From IMG/VR virus record IMGVR_UViG_3300025913_000024, positions 1-47,477 of that record: 47,477 nucleotides of DNA. One strand, 5' to 3'. Under the pieces are notes generated by a model. The model was given only the letters and a program-made list of their open reading frames with translations. It did not search any database and was not told where the DNA came from. Positions 10,332-19,587 of this stretch are shown here, piece after piece. Source of the DNA: a virus (taxonomy: Duplodnaviria; Heunggongvirae; Uroviricota; Caudoviricetes). The stretch's first letter is position 1. Every line of letters begins with the position of its first letter. The position numbers were made by a program, and so were the translations under genes.

Positions 10332-11117
10332 TTATGGTGCTGGGACAAATGGAAGTCTTTGTCCTGGGATGCCTGTAGCTGGTGCATCTGGTGGATTTTG
10401 TGCTACGGAGTGTCTGATCATATCTTGCATCGCAGTAGAGTCATTACTGGTCGTGTCTTGTTGGAAGGTCTGGAAAGAAGCATCAGGATCTTGGTTGTCC
10501 AAGAATTGATAAGGGTAAGAGCTAGTGTAAGGATCGAAGTAAAACGTAACCTCTGTTTCTAGAACCGAGGCTTCTCCAGTGGTGTAAGTAGGAGGAGTTA
10601 CTTCTGTGACATACACGTTTCTGAAGATCCAAAGGTATCCAGCAGTCGTGTCAGACGTGTCTGTTGCGTCTTCTAAGTACTCTAGAACTCCAAGTCCTGA
10701 CTTATAAATCGCAGATGAACTTTGGCCTTGAATAGGAACCTTGATGTCAATCTCACTGATCGGGTTTCCATATTGGTGTCCAGCTTCTGGACCTAATGTT
10801 CCTGAGAAGTTTCTTTTTGCTCGTTGAAGAAGCAAGAAGAGTTGATAGTTGGCGTCTACTCTGAACCTGATCTTGAATGTTGGGTCTCCTTCTTGTCTAG
10901 AACCTTGTCTAGGAAGGTTTGTTGCCCAGTACTTTACCATCTGAGTGTCTGTTTTGAACTCAGGAGGGGTGAAGTCCTTTAATCTCCATCTGAAATCACT
11001 GGATAGGCTAGCCGTAAGTTGTTCCTCAACAAAGTTGGGGTTCCACTTAATCGTAGCCACAAAGAGATTAGAGAAGGCATCAGGAGTGATTGGAAGTCTA
11101 GTGTTCAGGGTTCCCAT
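10332..11117 (-). CDS. Tail tube-like paralogue
   Basis: DFTPPEFK...FKIRFRVDANY and WIFRNVYVTEVTPPTY motifs shared with neighbours; start revised to ATG 11117. Confidence 0.65.
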   Translation of the reverse strand: MGTLNTRLPITPDAFSNLFVATIKWNPNFVEEQLTASLSSDFRWRLKDFTPPEFKTDTQMVKYWATNLPRQGSRQEGDPTFKIRFRVDANYQLFLLLQRAKRNFSGTLGPEAGHQYGNPISEIDIKVPIQGQSSSAIYKSGLGVLEYLEDATDTSDTTAGYLWIFRNVYVTEVTPPTYTTGEASVLETEVTFYFDPYTSSYPYQFLDNQDPDASFQTFQQDTTSNDSTAMQDMIRHSVAQNPPDAPATGIPGQRLPFVPAP

Positions 11118-11121
11118 GAAC

Positions 11122-11128
11122 AATTAGT
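11122..11128 (-). promoter_or_regulatory. ACTAATT candidate late promoter
   Basis: 4 nt upstream of ATG 11117. Confidence 0.65.
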
Positions 11129-11143
11129 AATTAGCTAGGGCTC

Positions 11144-11971
11144 TTAAAATGTTCCACCAGCTACGCCTAGACCAGACTGAGCTTGTTGTTCAGTTTGGAT
11201 GTTGTCGTCTAGATCATACTCTGGCGTGTCAAAGTCCTGGAAGATAAAGTCAATCTTGATCTTTTGAGGTGAATCAGCTTCACCAGTCTTAAAGGCAACT
11301 GGTTCGATACCAACAATTCCTACGTTGAAGAACACCCAAGTAAGAGGAGCAGGTCCTCCACCAAGAAGAGCTGTTAGAGTAGAGGTGTCATTGGATGTGA
11401 TGATCCCATCAGAGACACCTTGACTATCATCCTGCCATCTTGTTCTTTGACTTGTGTCAGAACCACCAAATTGATGAAGAGGAGCAGATGCTGCAGACAC
11501 AGTAACAGTTCCCAAGAACTGAGGATCATTGAATCTGGTATAATCTACAAGTCCAGTTTCAGGACTGAAGAAAGCGTTTCTCCAGATCACGAATCTCTTG
11601 TAAACCTGATAGAAGGCGTCGATTCTGAACTCAAGAGAAAAGAACCTGTCACCTTCAATCTGAGGCTTTACCAATGTGGCACCTCCTGTGAGGTACCTGT
11701 TCATGTAAGTCTCCATCTTGAATTGAGGTGGAGTAAAACCATCTACACGAATGGAGTCGGTTTGAAGAGTGAGTGGGTCTGGAATGTTAAGGACAGTTGG
11801 ATATTGAATCGCAAGGTCAAAAAGATTGGCCTGAGCGTCTCCACCTTCAGCGTAAAGAGATTGAGCTTGTGTGACTAAAGGTGTGTTACCTTCACCGATA
11901 GACCCAATGATGCTGCCGATGTTTCGAACAGCACTAGATGCACCGGTGAGGGCAGTGACAAAGTTTGCCAT
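11144..11971 (-). CDS. Tail tube-like paralogue
   Basis: NLFDLAI, VDGFTPPQFK, FSLEFRIDAFYQVYK..W and TWVFFNV motifs shared with 11989..12705. Confidence 0.7.
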   Translation of the reverse strand: MANFVTALTGASSAVRNIGSIIGSIGEGNTPLVTQAQSLYAEGGDAQANLFDLAIQYPTVLNIPDPLTLQTDSIRVDGFTPPQFKMETYMNRYLTGGATLVKPQIEGDRFFSLEFRIDAFYQVYKRFVIWRNAFFSPETGLVDYTRFNDPQFLGTVTVSAASAPLHQFGGSDTSQRTRWQDDSQGVSDGIITSNDTSTLTALLGGGPAPLTWVFFNVGIVGIEPVAFKTGEADSPQKIKIDFIFQDFDTPEYDLDDNIQTEQQAQSGLGVAGGTF

Positions 11972-11988
11972 CTAAGGCCTACTTCTAA

Positions 11989-12705
11989 TTAGAATGAGTT
12001 TCCGTAAAGAGGGAAGGTAACAGGATCAAGCCAGTCACCGAAGTTCAAGGTAACCTTGGTCATGATCTTACCATCTTCTCCGTTCTTAAAGGAAGGAGGA
12101 TCGACTTGCTCAACCCAAACGTTTCTGAAGGCCCAAGTATCAACTCCATCAGCATCGGTGAAGGAACCAGAAGTAACTCCATCTGCTGTGAAGATCGCAG
12201 CGCCGTCTGCTGAGTAGATTGGTCTGTTTAGAGCTCTGACGTAAACATATCCAAAGACGTTGTTAACGTCTGGAGCACCAGAGGTAGCTGGATCGTTAGC
12301 TCCGGCTCCCCAGAGTGCAGAAGTTGAGTAACCCGTTGTTGCGTTAGAAACCAGAGACTTCCAAGCGTTGAAGAACTTGTAAACTCTGTAGAAAGCATCT
12401 ACACGGAAAGAAAGCTCAAACGTTCTCTCCATGTCAACCTTGGTTGAAGGCATCTTGACAGAAACAGTCTTGTAAGAGTTTTCGTAAGTCTTGATCTTTG
12501 GGTTAGGAGGAGTGAAACCTTCAACACGGACTAGCAAAGAGTCTAGGAAGGCAGGATCTCCTGAGAAGCTGTTAGCTGGGTCGCTGATTGCGGCAGCAAC
12601 ACCTGCGAGACCAGCTGGAGGAATGATAGCAATGTCGAACATGTTCTGCATTGCATCTGCGCCGGCTCCATAGAGTGCTTGTACTTGAGTGTTTAACGAT
12701 GCCAT
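11989..12705 (-). CDS. Probable major tail tube protein (gp19-like)
   Basis: NMFDIAI, VEGFTPP, FELSFRVDAFY and TWAFRNVW motifs; strong SD AAGGAG plus upstream ACTAATT suggest high expression. Confidence 0.7.
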   Translation of the reverse strand: MASLNTQVQALYGAGADAMQNMFDIAIIPPAGLAGVAAAISDPANSFSGDPAFLDSLLVRVEGFTPPNPKIKTYENSYKTVSVKMPSTKVDMERTFELSFRVDAFYRVYKFFNAWKSLVSNATTGYSTSALWGAGANDPATSGAPDVNNVFGYVYVRALNRPIYSADGAAIFTADGVTSGSFTDADGVDTWAFRNVWVEQVDPPSFKNGEDGKIMTKVTLNFGDWLDPVTFPLYGNSF

Positions 12706-12726
12706 TGATTCATCTCCTTAACGATT

Positions 12727-12733
12727 AATTAGT
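12727..12733 (-). promoter_or_regulatory. ACTAATT candidate late promoter
   Basis: 21 nt upstream of ATG 12705 with an SD in between. Confidence 0.6.
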
Positions 12734-13121
12734 GAGAAAAATCTAATGGACTTTCGTCAAGTGGGTCATCAGGTGGGAGACTAACATCCCAGCCTATTTG
12801 ATGAAAGATCATGGCTACCTCAGACTCTGTAGTAGCTTTTTTCACTAGCTCCATCGCAGGACTCTTTTTCTTCTTTCCCTTAAGAGCTTCTGTGATCATC
12901 TTTCCAAGAACTTCAGTCTTTACTTCTTCGGCAAGAGACATAGGAAGAGCAGAGAGCCAACCGTTCAGCACAGCATCAAAGATGAGTTCCTTTTGAGTTT
13001 CAGCCAAATCAGGATAAAGAACCTTGTCTTCTAGCATGTTAGTGACAGCGCTAATAGTGAACTTTACAGCAAAGAGAAAACGTTCTTTTAGTTGTTTTTG
13101 AGTTTCATCGTAATTTGACAT
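12729..13121 (-). CDS. Hypothetical protein
   Basis: 130-aa ORF that tiles the intergenic space; no recognised motif. Confidence 0.6.
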   Translation of the reverse strand: MSNYDETQKQLKERFLFAVKFTISAVTNMLEDKVLYPDLAETQKELIFDAVLNGWLSALPMSLAEEVKTEVLGKMITEALKGKKKKSPAMELVKKATTESEVAMIFHQIGWDVSLPPDDPLDESPLDFSH

Positions 13122-13122
13122 G

Positions 13123-13488
13123 TTAATTAATCAATGGTTGAACGTTGAAGATAGGAAACATTTGTTTGACTCCATCGTCATCTAGATCAAAAGTATAGTC
13201 TTCAGAGAAGATTTCTTTCATTGGCCTCAAGTAATCTCCAAATTTGTCAAACACTGATGTGTCTGGACGATCTGAGAACAAGTTGTAATTTCCCCATCCT
13301 TTCTTGTTTAGATTTTCTAAGTACATAGATCTTTGAGATTCATCAAAAGATGAGCCAAATTCAAATTTTGTAGATAAATATCTGTTAATTCTAGTATTGG
13401 AGTCAGACACTAAAGTTCTGACTCCCTTAAAATGAAGAAGTGGATAATGAAGAGTGAGTTCATTGATTGAACTAAACTTAAAAAACAA
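13123..13488 (-). CDS. Hypothetical protein (AT-rich island)
   Basis: 121-aa ORF with TTG start, tiles between neighbours; start uncertain. Confidence 0.5.
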   Translation of the reverse strand: MFFKFSSINELTLHYPLLHFKGVRTLVSDSNTRINRYLSTKFEFGSSFDESQRSMYLENLNKKGWGNYNLFSDRPDTSVFDKFGDYLRPMKEIFSEDYTFDLDDDGVKQMFPIFNVQPLIN

Positions 13489-13518
13489 TTCATGGGCAGC
13501 TAAGGTATAATTTGAGTT

Positions 13519-14343
13519 CTATTGTTTTCCATACACAAGACAAAACTTTGGGATCAAACTACTGTCTATACTATAGCCTATAAGCTCTGATCGTAGATAC
13601 GTGTAAAAAGTGTAAGGATTTCCATTTTCTCGTATAAAGAAGGACTCTATGGGAGTCTTTGTTTTTGTTACGTCATCGAACAAAGATATCCACATTCCTT
13701 CTTCAACCTTCTCTGAACTTAAGTTGTAAGGTTTACTTTCAATGTAGTACTCATATTCTTTTTCTTTCATTAACTCCCAAACATCCCACATGTTTGATTG
13801 AAGTTGATAGATCTCTTTAGACTTTAATAATCCACAAAACTCTTTGAAGGTTTTATGACTCTTAGGAAGAGGAATGAACTCATCTAAATCTACAAATAGA
13901 TTCCAACATCCTTTACCTATTTTATTCCAAAGAGAACGAAAGATTCCTAATTGAAAGAAGTTAAAAGGCATTCCTAACTCAACAGGGTTTTCGATAAAAA
14001 AACAATCGAAATGAAGACTAAACAATTGTTTAGCTACATCTGCATCTGGAAAATTATTGTCAAGAAGGACTACAGCTCTAGTCTTTGATGGAAGTCTAAG
14101 ATGATAATATTCAATGAACCTTGGAAGATCGAGTACTGAACCACAAACCACCCAAAGAATAAACTCAGTCTTTGGTAGATTAAAGAAAGGATCGTTTTTA
14201 TTGATCAATCCTTGAGTTCTTGAGTTCTTAGGAAACTTTGAGAATTTATCAGTAGATAAAGGTTGAAGAACCTCTAGAGGTTTAGAGTGATGAACTTCTA
14301 ATCTTTTTTGAATCAGGTTTTGGTTTAAATTTTTGGTAAACAT
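13519..14343 (-). CDS. GT-A fold glycosyltransferase (GT2-like)
   Basis: RFIEYY...VLLDNN...WNLFVDLDEFI: DxD motif in GT2-like context; may be the 3' part of a frameshifted gene with 14282..14650. Confidence 0.65.
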   Translation of the reverse strand: MFTKNLNQNLIQKRLEVHHSKPLEVLQPLSTDKFSKFPKNSRTQGLINKNDPFFNLPKTEFILWVVCGSVLDLPRFIEYYHLRLPSKTRAVVLLDNNFPDADVAKQLFSLHFDCFFIENPVELGMPFNFFQLGIFRSLWNKIGKGCWNLFVDLDEFIPLPKSHKTFKEFCGLLKSKEIYQLQSNMWDVWELMKEKEYEYYIESKPYNLSSEKVEEGMWISLFDDVTKTKTPIESFFIRENGNPYTFYTYLRSELIGYSIDSSLIPKFCLVYGKQ

Positions 14344-14650
14344 ATCTTATGTTGTCTTTTAATTTATCATAGTCTGGAAATACGAGTTTGTTGTCTCTTA
14401 CTGCACCGATTGGATCGTTTAATCCATCCAATCCTATAATATAGGAAGTATAAAAGATCTCAAGGTTAGGATAGTTCTTATGAAGAGAGAATAAAGGTGT
14501 CAGAAATCGTTTAGGAGAGTCCCAAAATGAGAAAACATACACACATAAATGTATGTCTGGATCATACTTTTTGACCTCTCTCTTAACCCTAGAACAAATG
14601 TCTTTCTCTCCATAAGGAAAGAAAAAGAAACCTAAGTTGATGGTTGGCAT
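14282..14650 (-). CDS. Hypothetical protein or N-terminal part of the glycosyltransferase
   Basis: 122-aa ORF overlapping the next ORF by 62 nt across an A6 run; ACTAAGT 4 nt before the ATG. Confidence 0.55.
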   Translation of the reverse strand: MPTINLGFFFFPYGEKDICSRVKREVKKYDPDIHLCVYVFSFWDSPKRFLTPLFSLHKNYPNLEIFYTSYIIGLDGLNDPIGAVRDNKLVFPDYDKLKDNIRYVYQKFKPKPDSKKIRSSSL

Positions 14651-14654
14651 GTTA

Positions 14655-14661
14655 ACTTAGT
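14655..14661 (-). promoter_or_regulatory. ACTAAGT variant late promoter
   Basis: 4 nt upstream of ATG 14650, just past the sheath terminator. Confidence 0.5.
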
Positions 14662-14669
14662 ACAAATGA

Positions 14670-14695
14670 AAATGGGTCCCTTTCGGGACCCATTT
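14670..14695 (-). terminator. Intrinsic terminator after the sheath gene
   Basis: 11-bp stem AAATGGGTCCC/GGGACCCATTT with GAAA loop on the minus strand, followed by a T-rich tail. Confidence 0.85.
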
Positions 14696-14709
14696 CTTAA
14701 TTAGAGCTA

Positions 14710-17175
14710 TTAGACCGAGCTTGTTTGAGCTACGTTTCTGAAGATCAAGGTGACCGTTTCAGAGTAGACGTAAACCTTAACGTCAACTTGGAGTCTGAAG
14801 TCTCTTGCTGCCATAACAGCAGGAGTGTTGACTGCTCCAACGATTGCTGTAGCAGACTGCCAAGCAGGGCTTGATCCGCTAGTCCATTGGTTAAGGATAG
14901 CGTTGGTCTGTTGCTGTCTAACTCCCTGGTAGTAAGGGTTGTTAGGCTTACCAATCTGAGGGAACATGACGTTGTCTCTGATCTGGCGACGTGCCTTGTC
15001 GAAGGCCATGGTGTGGCCGAAGTAAGACCAGTCAGTCAACTGAGTTGGGTCTTGTGTGGTCTTTTGACCAGCAAGCATAACTCCGTTGGTTGGGTCCAAG
15101 ATGAGAGGGATAAGTCCGATCTGATCAAGAGTTTGCTCAATCTGTTGTCCAAGACTGTCCGTGATGGAAAGATCGTACTCTTGGTCGATGACCACTGCGG
15201 CCAGCTGTCCACCATAACCACCAGAGATGTTCTGGTACATAGGAGCCCAAGCTCCAAGCTTGTCCTGGATGATCTTGGAGTACTGAACACCAGCGAAACC
15301 AACAAGGGTTGCGAAGTAAGTCTTTCCAGTGTTAACGTCCTGACGAAGCATTCTGTTAACGATCTGTCCAGTACCAGTCAATCTTGCAGAAACAACTATC
15401 GTTTGGTCGTTAGCATACTCAGAAGGCTGAAGAATTCTGGCAGAGAGGAAGGAGCAAAGTGGTCTGTTTCCAGCTCTCAAGTTGAACAAGAGAGGCTTAA
15501 GATCTTCGATTCCTGTGACTTCCATTGCAACAGAAACCTTATCATAGTTGGACTTAGCGAACTCGTTCCAACCAAGAGTAAGGATTGGGGTGAAGTTGTC
15601 ATCCAAGGTTCCACCGAGATCTCCTTCAGAAATCAAAGTATCAACAACGTTCTGAGTGTATCTCTTTCCAACGATGTTGTAGATAACTGGAGAAGGACTG
15701 GTAAGAGGATCAACGAGCTTGAGACCAGTGTAGAAGCCATCGGCTCCAACATCGGCATCGAATGGTCTAAGAACGAAGACCTGAACTAGGCTGGTTGCAT
15801 CATCAGGAAGGATGTTAGGGAAGAAGATGTTTCCTCCAGAAGCATTCTGTCCCTTAGGTAGAAGAGAACCGGTGAAAGATCCGCCATTAAGAACGGTTCC
15901 AGTGATAGGAGTGGTCTCCTGAACACTGAAGGTGATCTGGTTGTAGTTAGGGTTGGCCTTAAGAGTCGTGGTTTGAGCAACAACTCCTGTGATGTCAACG
16001 TAGTAAACTGTTCCAATGATTGGAGGATCTGCTGCGGAGATTCCAGTGTCGATACCACCAACAGTAGAACCAGCACCAGAGATCTTAATGTACTTCGTTC
16101 TATAATTGGCCGTAACATCTGTGATCACGGAACCAACAAGGGTGTAAACTCCTTGTGCCCAGTAAGATGGGTTGTTGTTAGCGTTAAGAGCAACGAAGTG
16201 AGTACCGCCGATCAAGAGAGTCGTAAGAGCGGCTCCAACTGGAAGGTTCTTGTAAGCAGGCATCTGGGTGTCGATGGTCCACTTGTCATAACCAAGAGCA
16301 GATAGGGTGATCTGAGTTGGGATCTCGGTAGGAGACTTCTGAGTAACTACCATGTAGGTACTTGGCTTGATGTCGACGATCCACTTGAGTCTCTCAAGAA
16401 GTGCAGTAGTTAAAGCTGCCTTGTAAGAAACCTCATCAAGGGTGTCATCTGTGGTGTAATTAGCCGTAGGAACCAAGGCATTGAAGTCAAGATACAACCA
16501 AGTTCCAGAACCTGCGGTTCCGGTGATGGTAAGAGTTGTTCCAGAAAGAGCACCAACCTGCTGAGGAGTGGCGATCGCTGTAGGAGCTCCCATGAGTTGA
16601 CCATTAGAAAGAGTCAACTTGTAAGTTGTTCCAGAGTGTGAACCAGTCCAATAGGTAAGGTCAACCCCGGTGATCAACTCAGCAAGATCTGCTCCGATTC
16701 CAGAGATAACGATTGCGTTAGCTGTGATGCCAACGTCGACACCTGCAAGCTGCTCGGTTAGAGCTGTGTTGGCTGCGACGTTAAGTCCGGCTTTCTCACC
16801 GGTGATTGGTGAGTTAACAAGGAAAGTAACAGCCTTTATGTGTTGAAAGACTCGTTTTCTAAATTGGAAGACACCACGGTTAGTGATGTAAGATCCACCA
16901 AAGTAAGAAGGATAGTTCGTTGAACTTCCTGGAGGGGCGGAGACCCAGCAACCGAATTGGCCGTTGTAGTCAATCAACTCCTGAATATCTGGCCAGTCAG
17001 GGCTAGATTCGCCAACCATGGCTTGGATGACATTGGGAGAAGCCTTAGGGATGTACAACGCTGAGGTGTTTCCCTTTGGAGCTCTGATGGACATGAATCC
17101 TACTTCCTTAGAATCTGGGACGGAAGTGTTGAAAGATTCATCGCTAGTGATGAAATTTAAACGCCATGAAGTCAC
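14710..17175 (-). CDS. Contractile tail sheath protein (gp18-like)
   Basis: About 820 aa; GFMSIRAPKG at the N-terminus and GQKTTQ...WSYFGHTMAFD...F.QIGKPN C-terminal sheath domain; start revised to GTG 17175 (GGAGG 8 nt upstream). Confidence 0.85.
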   Translation of the reverse strand: MTSWRLNFITSDESFNTSVPDSKEVGFMSIRAPKGNTSALYIPKASPNVIQAMVGESSPDWPDIQELIDYNGQFGCWVSAPPGSSTNYPSYFGGSYITNRGVFQFRKRVFQHIKAVTFLVNSPITGEKAGLNVAANTALTEQLAGVDVGITANAIVISGIGADLAELITGVDLTYWTGSHSGTTYKLTLSNGQLMGAPTAIATPQQVGALSGTTLTITGTAGSGTWLYLDFNALVPTANYTTDDTLDEVSYKAALTTALLERLKWIVDIKPSTYMVVTQKSPTEIPTQITLSALGYDKWTIDTQMPAYKNLPVGAALTTLLIGGTHFVALNANNNPSYWAQGVYTLVGSVITDVTANYRTKYIKISGAGSTVGGIDTGISAADPPIIGTVYYVDITGVVAQTTTLKANPNYNQITFSVQETTPITGTVLNGGSFTGSLLPKGQNASGGNIFFPNILPDDATSLVQVFVLRPFDADVGADGFYTGLKLVDPLTSPSPVIYNIVGKRYTQNVVDTLISEGDLGGTLDDNFTPILTLGWNEFAKSNYDKVSVAMEVTGIEDLKPLLFNLRAGNRPLCSFLSARILQPSEYANDQTIVVSARLTGTGQIVNRMLRQDVNTGKTYFATLVGFAGVQYSKIIQDKLGAWAPMYQNISGGYGGQLAAVVIDQEYDLSITDSLGQQIEQTLDQIGLIPLILDPTNGVMLAGQKTTQDPTQLTDWSYFGHTMAFDKARRQIRDNVMFPQIGKPNNPYYQGVRQQQTNAILNQWTSGSSPAWQSATAIVGAVNTPAVMAARDFRLQVDVKVYVYSETVTLIFRNVAQTSSV

Positions 17176-17219
17176 TGTTATTTCCTCCAAAGGCTACATA
17201 TGAAGAGCCTGTGATGGAT

Positions 17220-17226
17220 AATTAGT
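17220..17226 (-). promoter_or_regulatory. ACTAATT candidate late promoter
   Basis: Intergenic, 44 nt upstream of the sheath GTG with an SD in between. Confidence 0.6.
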
Positions 17227-17238
17227 AGTGAGAAAATA

Positions 17239-18537
17239 CTAACGTTCTACGGGTTTAGATCCCCAAGTTGTGCCTTTTAGAGGTCCAAGTCTTCGACGCT
17301 GAGGAAGATCTGGAGTCTCGTGTTGACCTGGTACGGCTAGAGTTGTCACAGTAAGGTGGAAGTCAGTGATTCTTCCACCGATGGAGTAGAACAACATGAC
17401 AACACTGTATTGAGAGTTAGGATAAAGTCCAGTGATCCAGACCTCTTTGATTGAAGGATCATCAATGATGATAGGATCTCGGCCTTGAATCAAGATCTTG
17501 ACTTGTGCTAAGTTAGGCAAACTCTCTTGAGAGACCTCCCACTTAAGCAAGAAACCGCTCTCTGTGATGGTGTCTGACGGAACCACAGCCAAATCAAGCA
17601 TGATGTCGGTAGAGGCTTCAAAATAACCTTGAATGACGTCTTGGAGCTCTGTTGTTCCAGTTGAGTCTAGAACAGGTTGAGATGGTATGATGTCACCATT
17701 GATCTCTTCTGGGTTTCCAGAAAGATCCGTAGGTCCATCTGCTCCACCAGTTGTAGAAGCATCTGTCCAAGCCTTTGACTCAGCAAAGGCCAAGAGAACT
17801 CTTTCGGTGATATAGACTGCATTATCTGCATCAGACTTTGCTCCTGTGTTCCAAACAGATGTTTCTGGGATCTGGTTGGTAAGAAGATCTACTTGATACG
17901 GATAATATAGAATGTAGGTTCTTAGCGTGATCTTGAGGTTGATTGGAAGAATTCGTTGCTTCTTAAGCCAATCTCCCTCTTTGTACTCTGGATTGTACTG
18001 AAAGCTCTCGATGGTGAAGAACGTAGGAATTGAGATGTCCGTGTTCTTCCAAGTAACCGAGCTAGTAAACTGAATTGGACCCTTTGGGTTGTATTCCCAA
18101 AGAAGTTTCTCAAAACCAATACGAGCATCTTGGTCACTGTCATAGAAGATGGTGATGTCAAAGGTTGTCTTGACAGCCATGGCTTTCATGGCAGTTGGAA
18201 GACCTGCTTGCCAAAGACCTCTTACCATTTGAGAGGTGTTTTGAACGTTAGGCCTGTCATCTAGCTCCCAAAACTTTCCATTCTCGTACCAATATGTGAT
18301 GAAAGGAAAACCTAGAGCAGATGCTTGAATGGTCTTGAAGTTAACACCGTTGTTGGTGTCGTTTTGTTGCATCCTTCTTCTGAAGGACATGTCTGGTGAA
18401 GTCCAGACAACTCTAGTCAGGTCTCCTCTTAAGAACGCCTGACTAAGAAAGAACTCTAGTGGGATTAGAGCTGCATTGAATGAGTCACTATAGTATTTTC
18501 GAGAAAAGAAGAACTTCTGTGCGAACTCTTGAGCCAT
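17239..18537 (-). CDS. Tail terminator/sheath stabiliser (gp15-like) with C-terminal FN3-like domain
   Basis: Immediately upstream of the sheath gene; LKITLRTYILY tail-terminator-type strand; FLLKWE...ITGLYPNSQYSVVM FN3 signature. Confidence 0.55.
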   Translation of the reverse strand: MAQEFAQKFFFSRKYYSDSFNAALIPLEFFLSQAFLRGDLTRVVWTSPDMSFRRRMQQNDTNNGVNFKTIQASALGFPFITYWYENGKFWELDDRPNVQNTSQMVRGLWQAGLPTAMKAMAVKTTFDITIFYDSDQDARIGFEKLLWEYNPKGPIQFTSSVTWKNTDISIPTFFTIESFQYNPEYKEGDWLKKQRILPINLKITLRTYILYYPYQVDLLTNQIPETSVWNTGAKSDADNAVYITERVLLAFAESKAWTDASTTGGADGPTDLSGNPEEINGDIIPSQPVLDSTGTTELQDVIQGYFEASTDIMLDLAVVPSDTITESGFLLKWEVSQESLPNLAQVKILIQGRDPIIIDDPSIKEVWITGLYPNSQYSVVMLFYSIGGRITDFHLTVTTLAVPGQHETPDLPQRRRLGPLKGTTWGSKPVER

Positions 18538-18543
18538 TATAGA

Positions 18544-19587
18544 TCAATTAGTCTGAACCACAGGCGTGGGAGGAACAATAAGTTCTCTCACGATCTTCAA
18601 AGTTTGTCTTGAGATAGGAGTTTCTCGGGTCTTCAAATACTCTGTGAAAACATCAGCGATGTTCTCGGCATAGAAATCATCAGACGATAAAGCAAGTTGA
18701 GAGTTTCTGACTTTCTTGACCATAGAAACAGACCTGATGAAAACCCCAGGATAAGCTTGTTCAGCAATGGACTTGGTCTCAACTCCCAACACAGTCCAAA
18801 CTGAAACTTTTGCATCTGTTTCAGGAAGAGGTTTTGGATATTCTACAAAGTAGTAACCGCAAAAGACTGGAAGCTCCAACTCTTCTTTAGAGACTCCAAC
18901 ATCCGTTTTCTTGATCTTCCAAATTGCTCTAGGAAGAAGAGTCTCGTGTTCGGAGATCTTGCAAGCATAGGCAGATCCGGTGTAGTGATCATTCCATCTT
19001 GAGTGGATGTCACCTAAACAAACTAGGTTTGTCTTGATTGGGTTCAAGTTGATCTGATGAGCGTAGATCTTATCTGAGGAGTTGTCTGCAAAGTGGCCAA
19101 GGACAACGTCATACTCTTGGTCTAAGATGTTCTGAGGTAAGTTGGAGTAGTAAAGATTCATTGGAGGAAGATCTACTCTGTAGTTATAGTGAGGAAGAGA
19201 CAAAAACTTCAGGCCAGAGATGTGAAGAATCTCTGCAGGCTCACGAAGAATGGTGATCCTATCTCCAGACAAGAAGCTAAATGAAAGATGTGGCTTTCCT
19301 TTGAAAAGCTTCAGGTCATGGTTTCCTACCATGAGAAAACTATGGGTGAACTTGTCCAGAAGAATCTTTCTGAACCTTTCTAATTGATCAAGAACTCCAC
19401 CTACGTTTGAGGCATCGTCCATCAAGTCACCAAGACAGATGAAGATTGAATCTGGTTCAACTTCAAACTCAAACTCAAACCAATCTAGGAAAGCATCACC
19501 TACAGCCGGTCGCCATTCTTGGTTAGCTGAAAGGTGAAGATCACCTAAGATATAAACAGATCTGTTTTTATCAATTATTGACGACAA
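18544..19587 (-). CDS. Mre11/SbcD-like metallophosphoesterase nuclease (T4 gp47-like)
   Basis: GDLHL, LGDLMD, VGNHD, LGHF and GDIH motifs. Confidence 0.85.
   Translation of the reverse strand: MSSIIDKNRSVYILGDLHLSANQEWRPAVGDAFLDWFEFEFEVEPDSIFICLGDLMDDASNVGGVLDQLERFRKILLDKFTHSFLMVGNHDLKLFKGKPHLSFSFLSGDRITILREPAEILHISGLKFLSLPHYNYRVDLPPMNLYYSNLPQNILDQEYDVVLGHFADNSSDKIYAHQINLNPIKTNLVCLGDIHSRWNDHYTGSAYACKISEHETLLPRAIWKIKKTDVGVSKEELELPVFCGYYFVEYPKPLPETDAKVSVWTVLGVETKSIAEQAYPGVFIRSVSMVKKVRNSQLALSSDDFYAENIADVFTEYLKTRETPISRQTLKIVRELIVPPTPVVQTN
18546..18552 (-). promoter_or_regulatory. ACTAATT candidate late promoter
   Basis: 8 nt upstream of ATG 18537, no SD. Confidence 0.6.

Noticed and set aside
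14887-15789. 300-aa plus-strand ORF inside the sheath gene, and other long antisense ORFs (23108..23758, 1581..1934, 11420..11878 etc.)
   Set aside because: Shadow frames produced by the codon bias of the real gene; no motifs or SD.
16830-16866. Possible compensating frameshift pair in the sheath (RKRVFQHI versus ENESFNT)
   Set aside because: About nine codons of atypical usage only; the frame stays open and it cannot be told from chance without homologues.
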